From: Zygnema circumcarinatum SAG 698-1b
Taxonomy: Eukaryota; Plantae; Zygnematophyceae
Length of the DNA stretch: 64,000 nucleotides
Direction of reading: 5' to 3'
Assembly (NCBI GenBank): GCA_037447605.1
Contig: CM074805.1
Location: 5,055,361 to 5,119,360, forward strand
Part shown: in pieces, positions 19,645 to 30,784 of the stretch
Numbering within the stretch: the first letter of the stretch is position 1
Layout of the letters: each line of letters starts with the position of its first letter
Program-made: the position numbers and the translations under genes
The notes under the pieces: model-generated
Told to the model about the DNA's origin: nothing
Database searches by the model: none
The model's input: only the letters and a program-made list of their open reading frames with translations

Positions 19645-20004
19645 GCGCGCGCGAGCAGTGGAGGCGCGGGGGCGCACCTCGCTGGGCCGCGCAGAGCGCG
19701 CCACGCGGCGCACCGGCACTTGTGAAGCACTTGCCCAGGATCGCGCCCCGCGCAAGGCGAAGTCGCAAATGAGTCGCATTATGTCGCATGAAGTCGCATT
19801 CCATCGCTTTCCATCGCAAGGGGGCGGGCGGATAGGATAGAGACCACATTTTGGGGCGCGCGCCGATTGGCCCGCGGGCGGGGGGGGGCAGCCACGATCG
19901 CGCCGTCCGCTGGGGGCGCCGCCGCGCGCCCGCCGTCCGATGCGGCCGGGCGGGCGGGCGGGCGGAGGGCCGCGGGGAGGACGACGTGGGGGGCCGAGCG
20001 CCGC

Positions 20005-20152
20005 ACACGTGGCAGCGGACGGATAAGGGCGCGGCGCTGCCACGTGGCGGGGGTTCAGCGCCGCCCGGCGCCGCCCCGGCATCGCAGCCGTCCGCGCGCC
20101 CGCCGGCTGCCGATTGGCGCGCGGGCGGCCAGTGTCGCAAGACCACGTGGCG
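20005..20152 (-). promoter_or_regulatory. G-box/I-box/CCAAT cluster upstream of REC
   Basis: ACACGTGGC 20005-20013, GGATAAGG 20021-20028, palindromic GCCACGTGGC 20039-20048, GATTGG 20112-20117, ACCACGTGGC 20142-20151. Confidence 0.45.
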
Positions 20153-20299
20153 AAATATCGCGCCGGCCACGGCGTCGCGTGTCGGCGGGGGGAAAGTCGT
20201 CGATCCGGCGAACCTTCCGAGGACCGGACCGGGACACGGCCACGCCCGGGACTGGGCGGGCGGCAAGGGGCGGCCGGGCGGGAATGCCGGCTGGTGCAT

Positions 20300-20347
20300 G
20301 CAACCATTGGCATCCAAGGGTCGGAACCGTTGGATGCCAATGGTTGC
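20300..20347. other. 48-nt hairpin/cruciform upstream of REC
   Basis: Perfect 18-bp arms GCAACCATTGGCATCCAA / TTGGATGCCAATGGTTGC, extended by 3 bp after one mismatch, closing a CGGA loop. Confidence 0.85.
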
Positions 20348-20688
20348 CGGGCCGAGGTTGCGTTCAACCAAATCGACCATTGCTAACGGCCAACGGTCGC
20401 TGTAAACCAGTCCGGTAGCGGGGTTTCAAATGAGCTACAGACAAGCAGAGAGGCAGGATTGACGGGATGCGATGGGGCGTGGATCGCACGCATGGCGATG
20501 ATGCCATCAGATGCACATGCACAAAAGCAGCATGGGGAACCACGAAGAACAGGCCGCGAAGGACCTAGGCAGTATTTCGTTTCATCCGTACGTTTAATAT
20601 TTAGGTTCTTTTTTTTGCGTTGCCGTAGGCAAAAGCTTTGCGGTCGATTTGATCCGTACGACGGGTTCGATTTATTAAAGATTAATGT

Positions 20689-21310
20689 AATGAAAATGGG
20701 GTATAGTTGCCTCGAGTCTGACGTTGCCACGTCGCGCGTCCTGATTGGTTGCGTTTTGTTGGATCGAATGCGCAGAAAATGGGGTATATTGCGTACTTAT
20801 TGTGTCATTTCCTCGTGTCGTTTTGTACGTACCGCGGCGTTCGATTTTGATGTTTTATGTGGTGTACGGATTCGGTTAGGTTGTGAATGTTGAATTTAAT
20901 GAAAATGGGGTATAGTTGCCGCGAGTCTGACGTTGCCACGTCGCGCGTCCTGATTGGTTGTGCGTTTCGTTGGATCGAATGCGCAGAAAATGGGGTATAT
21001 TGCGTTCCCATTCTGTCATTGCCACGTGTCGATACTTCGTGCGACGGCGTTCGATTTTGATGTTTTATGTGGTGTACGGATTCGGTTAGGTTGTGAATGA
21101 TGAATTTAATGAAAATGGGGTATAGTTTCCGCGAGTCTGACGTTGCCACGTCGCGCGTCATGATTGGTTGTGTGTTTCGTCGGATTTAATGCGTAGAAAA
21201 TGTGGTATATCTCGTACCGATTCTGTGATTGCCACGTGTCGTTTTCTATGTACGACAGTTTGTGGTTATGATGTTTTACGGGACGTATTGTTGGAAATAA
21301 AGTGGCCACG
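20689..21310. repeat. Tandem repeat, 3 x about 210 bp
   Basis: AATGAAAATGGGGTATAG anchors at 20689, 20898 and 21108; the third copy is more diverged. Confidence 0.9.
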
Positions 21311-21713
21311 TGGTGCATTCCTATTGGTTAGCACGAACGGAATTAGTTATACTTCTTATCCAGTCAGAAATTGCCACGTTGGTTCTGTAGTGTGTTTTTG
21401 GATGTTTGTTATCCAATCAGGTGTGGCCACGTAGCCCTAAAATGGGAAAAAAACCAAAAAAAAACCACACACAAACTGCTACGACAGAATGTGGCCACAT
21501 TCTGTTTTCGCAGTTTGTGTGTGGTTTTAAAAAAAAAACAATCTAAATATTACAACATTTGGCCTTATGTTGTAATATTGAGAGAGTTTTTTTTTTTTTG
21601 TTTGTAAAAGTTGTTGTAATATTGAGAGTGTTTTTTTTTTTGTGGTGTTTTTGTTGTTTGTTTTTGTTGTTTGTGTTTGTTGTGTGTGTTGTTTTTTTTT
21701 TTTTTGTGAAAGT

Positions 21714-21801
21714 CACACACGAAAATACACACTCACAAACTCTCACACACACACACACACACACACTCACACACACACACACCCACACACACACACACAC
21801 T

Positions 21802-21856
<55 letters not shown>
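21714..21856. repeat. (CA)n microsatellite, imperfect
   Basis: Directly visible. Confidence 0.95.
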
Positions 21857-21858
<2 letters not shown>

Positions 21859-21860
21859 GA

Positions 21861-22137
21861 ACGAACCTTTTTTCATCACCATCTTATGTTTCCGAATTTT
21901 TTTCGATTTTTTCGAACATCGTCATCTCCAGGACCGGGTCCTTCCGAAATTTGTCCATGGTTATTTGCTATACAATACATGAGTGTGAGCGTAAGTACGA
22001 ACCTTTTTTCATCACAATCTTATGTTTCCGAATTTTTTTTGATTTTTTCGAACATCGCCATCTCCAGGACCGGGTCCTTCCGAAATCTGTCCATGGTTAT
22101 TTGCTATACAACACATAAGTGAAGCGTAAGTACGAAC
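21861..22137. repeat. Tandem duplication, 2 x about 135 bp
   Basis: ACGAAC anchors at 21861, 21997 and 22132; both copies contain TCTCCAGGACCGGGTCCTTCCGAAAT. Confidence 0.85.
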
Positions 22138-22260
22138 GTTATGTACATCATGATGTCATTTTTATCATCTTTATTTTTTTTTTTTTTTTGGTAATTTCGA
22201 AAACTTCAAATGTCAAAATTTCTAGATGTCCAGGATTTCAAAATGTCCAGCTTTTCAAAA

Positions 22261-22360
22261 TTTCCAGCGATTTCCAGCGATTTCCAGCAATTTCCAGCGA
22301 TTTCTCTTTAAAGTCTAGAGGACTGTATTCTTTTAATTCCAGAGGACTGTATTCTTTTAA
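22261..22360. repeat. Short tandem repeats: 4 x TTTCCAGC(G/A)A and 2 x AGAGGACTGTATTCTTTTAA
   Basis: Directly visible. Confidence 0.85.
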
Positions 22361-22854
22361 GTCCATAGGACTGACTGACTATGGACGCATAAATCTAACT
22401 GACCGGACCGACTGGCCGACTGGATCGACATACACTGATCGGGATTCTAATTGACAGACTAACAACGGACTCCACGCATGTAGCCGACGGGGACTGGACC
22501 GGACGACCGGACCGACTTGTTAGTTAGTAGCCTCCATCCTTCTTCAACACCCTCTTCAACTTCTTCCTTCGCCCTTCCACCATTCTCCCTCTCACCACAC
22601 TCCATGTTCCTTCCTCCTCCTTCCTCCTCAACACCCTCCTTCCTCCTCCTCCTTCCTCAACACCCTCTCCTTTTTCTTCCTTCGCCCTTCCACCATTCTC
22701 CCTTTCACCACACTCCATGTTCCTTCCTCCTCCTTCCTCTTTCCTCCTCCTCCTCCACCAATCATTATTTGTCAGTCATTTCGGTTTCTCTGGTAGGAAG
22801 AAATGCAGCAGTAGCTGCAGCAGCAGAACGGCAGAGAAACCGCAGCGACATAAG

Positions 22855-23223
22855 TGTTGGTTACGGTAGATTTCGGAACAAAACGGCAGCAAGCACCACC
22901 AGCAACTCTTCAGCTAGACAGGCGAGTGTAAGAAAATGGAAGTCGGGAGGACGTGAAGAATAGGGGAAGATGATATTGCGGTTGTTCCGTAAACGTTTCG
23001 TCATCGAAACGTCGTCGACGTCACCGTACAGGCACAAAACGGCTCTATTTGGCTCTATTTCGGTGTCACGGCTGAAATCTAGCTCCTTCAGCCTGCGCGG
23101 AATAACACACCAGCACTCAGAGTTCAGCGAGAGGGCGAGAGCAAGAGCGAGCGAGCTTCAGAGTGGGGAGCAGCCCTGGTCAGGGGTGCAACCGAATGCC
23201 GGTACGTTGGTTGGGTGACGACA
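22855..23223 (-). mobile_element. Tentative 3' LTR of the Gypsy element
   Basis: On the minus strand it starts TGTCGTCAC directly after a purine tract and could end at CCAACA (22855). There is no second LTR in the window to confirm the boundaries. Confidence 0.35.
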
Positions 23224-26200
23224 GTCACCCACGCCCCTTTACGCTTCCCCCGTCGAACCTCCTACCAGCATGGAGGATTGGAAGCAGGGCTGTCCAATGG
23301 CAGACTGCCACGTGTCCCTCTCTGACCCGAATGGGTCAGAGGTGTACAACGTACGGACGCTCACCGCATTCCGCGGCGCGCGCCGCGACGTGGCGCGCCG
23401 CCGTACGTCAGTNNNNNNNNNNAACTTCGTATTCAAGTTCACCTTCAAGTTCCACTGGTGGGGGAGGTGGCTGGATCCTTCCATCGCTACGGTAGACCTT
23501 TAGCAAGACCACATGAAAGACCAGATGCACCTTCATATGGGCTGGTAAATCCAACCGGTAAGCGACCTCATTGATGCGCTTCATGATCCTGAAGGGCCCA
23601 ATGAAGCGGGGCCACAGCTTACGTGTTCCGCCATAAGCTTTGATTCTCAAGTTCGCCGTACTTAACAACACCTCATCGCCCTCATTGAAGGTGAGTTGGG
23701 TACGGNNNNNNNNNNGGCCATCGGTTTGCGGGTGGAAAGCTGTACTCAACGCCTGCTTGGTCCCCACGATTTTGAGCACTTCCGTCCAGAAATGGCCGGT
23801 GAATCGTGGATCACGGTCAGACACAATTGCTGACTGAAGACCATGCTGGCTCCACACTTTGTCAACATACAACCGTGCAATCTCGTCGGCCCCAGCTGTC
23901 TTAGTAGTTGGTGCAAAATGTGTTGGTGTGAGGGGGCAGAAGGAGAGACCTAGTGGAAGGATAAAAACAAGCTTTAGTGAAACTCTAAAACTTCTTCCAC
24001 TTCTACTTAGGCCACATACCGCATCCGCCACGATATGCCTTCTCTCCCCTCACCAGGTGCGCACAGCGGAAAACAAAACGCGCCACCTACAAGAACACTT
24101 CTTCATCTCCTCCATGGTCTCGGCTCCTTCAACTCCACGCTCCTCCAATGGTCTCCACGTGTGATGCGACACACCGCCCATACAATGGTCGCCTCCACCC
24201 ATTCATCACCCAATCCAACACAAGTGACTCGCTACGCGACGCACCCATTTATGCGAGTAGTGCCCTCGCCCTAAACTCCTAACATTCATATGCACATGCT
24301 CTCTCTCTAGAAATCCTACATATAACCTCATGACCGACTCTCCTCCTCCTCACGAAGACTACCCTCATCCTCTCGATGGGGATAAATTTTACACTCCCAA
24401 TCAACAGGTGAAATAAGCTGACTTACGCCATTAACTTCCTCTACCTCAACACTTGTAGTGTGACACATCTCTAACTCTTTTCACTAGAGTTAACCATGCA
24501 TGAGATGCTTTCACTACCTCCTACATGTGCGCCGGACTCTCGCGCTTACCTTTCCCAACGGCCGAAGCAGCATAACGTTCAGAGCTGAAATGAAGATGAA
24601 ATAATAAAGTAGAAGCCAAGCTGCCTCCTCATATACCATGGGCGGCCTTTGTCACGTGTGACGCTACTCATGTCACGGCTACCTTATGCAGCGCCTTGCA
24701 AGGGCTCCTATCTCTGGATCTCTCACCGTGCTCCGTCGGATCCTCCTTGGCTCACACGGATCCAGCCTCGGCTGGATCCAACTCAGCCTCATCTTGATCC
24801 TCGTCCTGCACCGTACGATCTGACTCCTCACTAACTCAGCCTGGGTACGGGACCTCGTGCTTCATGGTCGCGCCACTGACCTTAGGCCCCTCATGTGCCT
24901 TACCCTGACCTCCGACACGTGGCGCCTTCCGATTCGCCACTGTTCCACATGAGACAACGCTGACGCAGCTGCCTCACTGATTCACTGCGCCGACATTCCG
25001 ACGCGCCGCGCCTGTCACTTTCGACCTGCCGCGTCGCGCCACGTCACTCCTGACTCCGCCGCGCTGTGCCTCAGCACCGACCAAAATCCGTACTTCGAAA
25101 GGACATACCTAATCATGCGAAATGTCCCGCAAGGAGATTGCGTCGCGATCTGCACTCTGGCGCGACCAATCATGTCGCTTAGTGCAGATCCGCCTTTCGC
25201 ACCAAAGACCTCCGCGTTCGAACATTTCCGCGTCGTCCGTACAGTCGCGCGCCGTCCGTACAGTTGCGCTCCAGACCAATTAATGCGCATCCAGCGCACC
25301 CCCTTTGGTACGGTCTCAGCCTAAGCCGCAAACCTACGACCCTAGACCTTCCCTAGACCTTCCGTACCATGCCCTAGCACTTTGGGCACCCCCCATGTTT
25401 GGTCCTACACCAAACATGACCATTCATGCATGACATTGCCCCTACATCAACACATGATCTCTTGGACAACATTCATGCGAGGAACTAAGTACCAACACCT
25501 TGATGTACCTATACATCAACAANNNNNNNNNNCATCATAATCTCCTTGAGCGTAGTTGACACCTTGTCAACAATGTGGTGGGAACCTTCAACCTCTGAAC
25601 TCTTCAAAAGGTCATCCTCCAAGGTAAACCTGAGAAGTCCCATCTTCTCCTCCCAACTCACATATCCATGAAGACAACTTCTCCATATGCCGCTCACCCC
25701 CTCATAAACATGAGGTCGTTCATATCTGTCCCTAGAATCCTTCTCGTGGTACTCCGCCACTTGTTTGTAGGCCTCCTCCCAAATGAAGTGCCGCCTTCAC
25801 CAACAACTTCCTCTTCACGATCCTGGGACCTCGCACTATGAACTCACATGTCCTCCCATGGACATTCTCTCTACTCACATGTCCCCCATGGACAATCTCT
25901 CCTCAGCGCCATCTGCCAAGGTCAAATCTGAACACCTTGCCTACCCCCTCTTAAGCTAAACAGCCTACCTGTACAAAGACTGGTCCTCCAAAGCACAACT
26001 CTAGCTTCGACATCTCGGCACCCTCTTCTTGTACTCCACCTTTGGGGTCTCAATTCTGCTCACTTACTCCNNNNNNNNNNGGGGAATTCCCTAAACTCCT
26101 CCTTAGTGGTCCATCACTAACATCTTAGTGACTATCAATTCCACTAGCTCTGTCCACCAGACTAGTCAGGATTTAAGCAATGGTTCCTTGGGCAGCTTCC

Positions 26201-29200
26201 TCTCGTAGACCCTAAATCTTGGGCCTCCTTCACCCCAAATGCATTGGAAGTGAACTCTTTCCTTACGTGGCACTCCTTGCCACCCAGCACCTCTCTTAGC
26301 CTCTCCCATAACCTATGTGAAGATTCTAGTTCATTAGTCTCTAACTCCAAAGCTAGTCTCTGATCCCAAGAGTGTGCTTGAAGGGTCATCCCCTCCACAT
26401 ACCATGGCAATCTCGATATGGCACTGGAGCCCTCTCCACTTCTCGAAGTGCCGTCAAGTCCTCCTCTCGAATCCTTCGATGAAGCAACTTCGCCTTCGAC
26501 ATATCCGAGCATACAAGCTTCCATAGGGTGAGTCCACCCTTGCTTGTGCGTCCCTCACGCTGCCACCTCCAACTCCGCTGAGTTGGGTCACCTCGAATGT
26601 GTGCAACTCAATGCACCACCTCCACGCCGTTGGACCTTGACTCCCTTGAGCCGAGTCTCTCAAAACAGCGCCAATTCCAATGTCGTTAATCTAGCCTTCT
26701 TTCGCACTCTTTCCATCGAGCTGTCAAGACTAGAACTCTAAACGCATTCTCTCCTTCCTGTAGCTTCTCCAAGCTGACTATTTCAGCAACTTGCTTGCTA
26801 CAAACTAGACCATCAACGTGACTAAGAGTTTGACCATATCTATCCTCTTGAGTACCTTTGAGCCAACCACTAGGCTCCCCCAAAGAACTATTCCTTCAGC
26901 TCTTTCTCTAGTCAAGGATCTCTCCCTTTGGAACCCATACTCTCAAGGAACTGCATCCCTCACTTCAGTATGCTCCAGGACCCTCACTATCACTTGGCAC
27001 TCTTTAGGATTTCACCCATAAGCTCTAGGACTGAACCTTAAGCACCAAATGCTCCAAGACTTCAACCATAAGCTCTGATACCACTTGTTGGTGTGAGGGG
27101 GCAGAAGGAGAGACCTAGTGGAAGGATAAAAACAAGCTTTAGTGAAACTCTAAAACTTCTTCCACTTCTACTTAAAGTTTTCACATACCGCGATCCGCTT
27201 TACAAGATGCCTTCTTCCTCCTCACCAGCACAGCCGATTGGTGCCACCTTACAAGAACACTTCCCTTCGGCCTCCTCCATGGTCTTGGCTCCTTCCGCCT
27301 CCACGCTCCTCCAATGGTCTCCACGCAGGATGCACACACCATACAATGTGTCGCCTCCACCCATTCATCACTCCAATCCAACACAAGGACTCACATGTGA
27401 CGAATGACACAAGTATAAGGAGAAAGCCCTCGGCCCTAAAACTCCTTACAATTCATAAGTGTAATACAAGCTCTCTTAGGAAATCTACATATAACCTTAT
27501 GCCCGATTCTCCTCCTCTCATGAGCACTACCCTATCCTCTGATAGATAGCTTACACCCCAACTGTAGTAGCTAAGCACTCTATGCTTGCTTGAACTTCTC
27601 CCTCTACCTCAACACGGTAGGACACATCTCTAACTCTTTCAATTGTGCTAACCATGATGAGAGATGCTTCTTTTCACGACCTCCTACACAAGGCCGGGAC
27701 TCCTCAAGGCCTCACCGCTTCTTCTTCTTTTCTACTCTTCCCAACTAAGGCTGAGCAAAAGATAACGTTCGAAAAGGAAGTGAGTATGAGTGAGTGAGTA
27801 GAAGCCAAGCCGCTTCCTCATATACTCATGGCTGCCTTTTGTCAATGCGACGCCATCATGTCACGCAAGCACCCATGCAGCGCCTTGCAAGGGCCCTATC
27901 CTCGATCTCAATCGCGTCTTCGCCGATCCTCCTGGCTCACACGGATCCGTGCCTCCCCGCCGGATCCAACTCGCCTCATCTGATCCTCGCCCCGCACCGC
28001 ACGACCACCTCACTCACTACCAAGATGTGGGACCCTCGTGAAGCTCACGTCGCCACCTACTCCAGGCCCCACAAAGCCTACCCCGGACCGGCAATGCGGG
28101 CGCCTTCCGATTCGCCATCGCCTCTTCCACATATGAGACATCATTGATGCGCCGCTTCACTCTCGATTCATCATACGAGCCCCGACGCTGGCTTTGTCAC
28201 TTTCGACCAGCCAAGGCCGCCAGCCACGTCACTCCCCGACCACAAGGCTGTGCCTCAAGACCACCAAAACCAGACCAAAGTGACATACTCTAATCATGCT
28301 AAATGTCCCAAGTAAGGAGGCCAGTGTGCCGCTGACCGCACTTCCTCGGGCGCTGGCTCAATCATGTCGCTAGTGCATCCGCTCGCATTCAGCGACCTCC
28401 GCCGCTCAACATTTCCTGCCGTCCGTACAGTCGCGCGCCGTCCGTACAGCTTGGCGCCTCCGTGACCACCCACGCGCATCCAAATAAGACTCCCTTTGGT
28501 ACCTGCCTCGTACCCTAAGCCGCAAAACCTATAATGCACTTGTGACCTTCCTTTTCTGCACCTTCCGTACTCATGCCCCAGCACTTTGGTACTCCCATGT
28601 TTGGTCCTAAAGCACCAAACATGATCATTCATGCAATGCATATTGCCCCTAAGCATCAACACATGATCTGGACAACATTCATGCGAGGAACTAAGTACCA
28701 ACACCTTGATGTACCTATACATCAACAAAATGCACCATCTTGCTGAGCAGATCGACAAAGACGAGGATGGAGTCATGCCCCCGAGGTGTCACAGGAAGAT
28801 CTGTGATCAAGTCCATACCCACACTATCCCATTTTAGAAAGGAGGTGTGAGGATGCGGAGGCGGCGGGGATCACGCGGTCGCGGGGTTTGTTTACCGTTG
28901 ACAAGTTGAATGACGAGTACATGCAGCTTTCACATCCCTCGAGTCAGTACGGAACTCGGAGGCGGTACCTCGGCGGGTTTTGGCGCTCCCATGTGACCTG
29001 ATGCGGAGGATCATGTAGCTCACCGGAATGAGCCCGTGCGAGTCGACCTTGGGCCTGCCGACCAAAGCTGGCGGCTTACGTGGTACGAGTCGTCGCCCAG
29101 ACACCACTTTGTCCTTATAGCCATTTCATGGCCCATCCGAGAACAAAAGGATCACCCGGTATACCCCTCACGAATCATCACATGCGAGGTCCCGAGGAAG

Positions 29201-30784
29201 CGGGAGGGTTATTCTAATCCGGTGCTTGGGAGGATCTATAATGAAAGCATCTTGGAGGCGGAGACTTCGGGGTTGGCCCGGCCCCTCACCTCTGTCATCT
29301 GGGTTCCACCAACACTTTCGAGTCGGCGAAACGCAGCTATCCGGGCAAGATCGCGAAATTTTGCGCTACTTCCGGTGGAGTGCGCTACATTCGCCCAGCA
29401 GGGCGATAAACCCAGCGGCGGTCAAGCCTTTGGAGGAACTCAGACGGTGCACGCGCTGGAGCAAAGATGCGATTTGGGTTGAGAGGAGCGGCGAGGCGGT
29501 GGTGGGTGACCCGGCGTGACGCTTCGCTCTAAATACTTGCGCCCGTGTCACCGGTGGACCGCTGGCGTTCACACGTTGCATTGCCCGAGAATAGTTGGCT
29601 TCGGCCGGGATTCATTTTCGCGGCTTTCATCGCTAAAAGGTTGGCCATCTTGAAACAAGGCGGCACCCAAGGCGGAATCGAGAAGCATCTGGAAAAACCG
29701 CTTCATAAGGCTTGGGCGGGTCAGCTAAGCGGAGAGTGGGTGTGGTAGCAGTGCGTGGCGGCGCGCAGCGAATCGTCGGCATTGGGGGTCCATGTAAAGG
29801 GGACACGGAGCGTGTCAAGTGTTAGTCAGGGGTAACCGGTTTACTAAACCCTTGGATGAACTTATGAAAATAATTCATAAAGCCCGAGGAAAAGACCTCC
29901 AAGCCCAGTGCAAGTCGGTCGGTGGTAGAGTTTTACCACATTGCTTGGCGAAACTTTGAAAGCGAGGATCGGGCGAAGGCCACTGATCATTCAGGATATG
30001 CCCAAGATAAAGCAACTCACGTTGCATGAAATGACACTTCTTCCTCTTGGCATAAAACTGGTGTTTCCTCAGGGTCTCAAACACTTTTCGAACGTGTTCA
30101 AGATGTTCCTCCTCCGTCTTACTGAAGACAAGGATATCATCGAGGTAAACCAAAACAAACTCGTCCATGCCGATGAACATCTCGTTCATGACAACGGAAA
30201 AGTTGCGGGCATTAGTCAATCAAGGGAAACACCTTATATTGGAAATGACGATGGAGTCCAGGAGCGCTGATTTTTTGGCTTTTTGTCGGCCAGGTGGCGC
30301 GGATCACGATGATACCCACGAAGATCAAGTGAGTAAACACTTTGGCGTAGTGAAGGCGATCCAACGGATCATCGTCGTGGTAAAGCAAATCGATTCTTTA
30401 CGGTGATCTTGTTGAGTGCACGATATTCAATGCACATCCTCAACGAGCCATCTTTCTTGCCAACAAATAAGATGGGCGCCCCAAAAGGGCTTTGGCTGGG
30501 CTCTATCCATTGCCCGATGTCTAAATAAAGAGTAGTCAGCGCTTCGCATTTTCCTCGGTTTCCTTAGGACTTAACGATAGATGCGACGCCAAAGGCTTTT
30601 GCTTTCGAGCTCCAAGAGGATTGTGTGCCCCACCCCCAGATGGTGGCAGCAACCCTCTTGGAAGGTCGTCGGGGAAGACATCGCCCAGATTCATCCAAAG
30701 GTTGGATCACGGGATGGAAACGGCCCGAGAGCACATCCCGTAGATGTGATCGCCATTCTGATCGCCGTCATGAACATCCTCGGT
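23224..30784 (-). mobile_element. Ty3/Gypsy chromovirus-like LTR retrotransposon, pol region (RT-RNaseH-integrase-chromodomain); interrupted at 23921-28727 and truncated at about 30785 by Copia insertions
   Basis: Order on the minus strand: pre-RT DVFPDDLP (about 30670), RT FVLVYLDDILVFSK (29875-30219), RNase H DAS (about 29690), integrase WDSVGMDLITDLP...FVDLLSKMVHF continuing as HFAPTTKT...IVSDRDPRFTGHFW...STAFHPQTDG, GPF motif KLWPRFIGPFRI, then chromodomain-like PVELEGELEYEV...RDTWQS. PPT-like purine tract next to 23224-23240. Confidence 0.92.
23921..28727 (-). mobile_element. LTR retroelement family C with about 1.6-kb LTRs and a short internal region; inserted in the Gypsy integrase with TSD AAATG
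   Basis: LTRs 23921-25521 and 27086-28727 (TG...CA). PBS TGGTATCAGAGCT (complementary to tRNA-iMet) at 27071-27083 on the minus strand. AAATG at both 23916-23920 and 28728-28732, and the integrase frame rejoins across it. The internal 1.56 kb has two 10-N gaps and only weak gag-like remnants. Confidence 0.9.

Noticed and set aside
20689-21310. Possible CRISPR-like array (also considered for 52049-52258)
   Set aside because: Whole units repeat with no unique spacers, the context is eukaryotic, and there are no cas genes.
21543-22122. His/Thr-rich and Cys/Val-rich ORFs
   Set aside because: They are translations of the (CA)n microsatellite.
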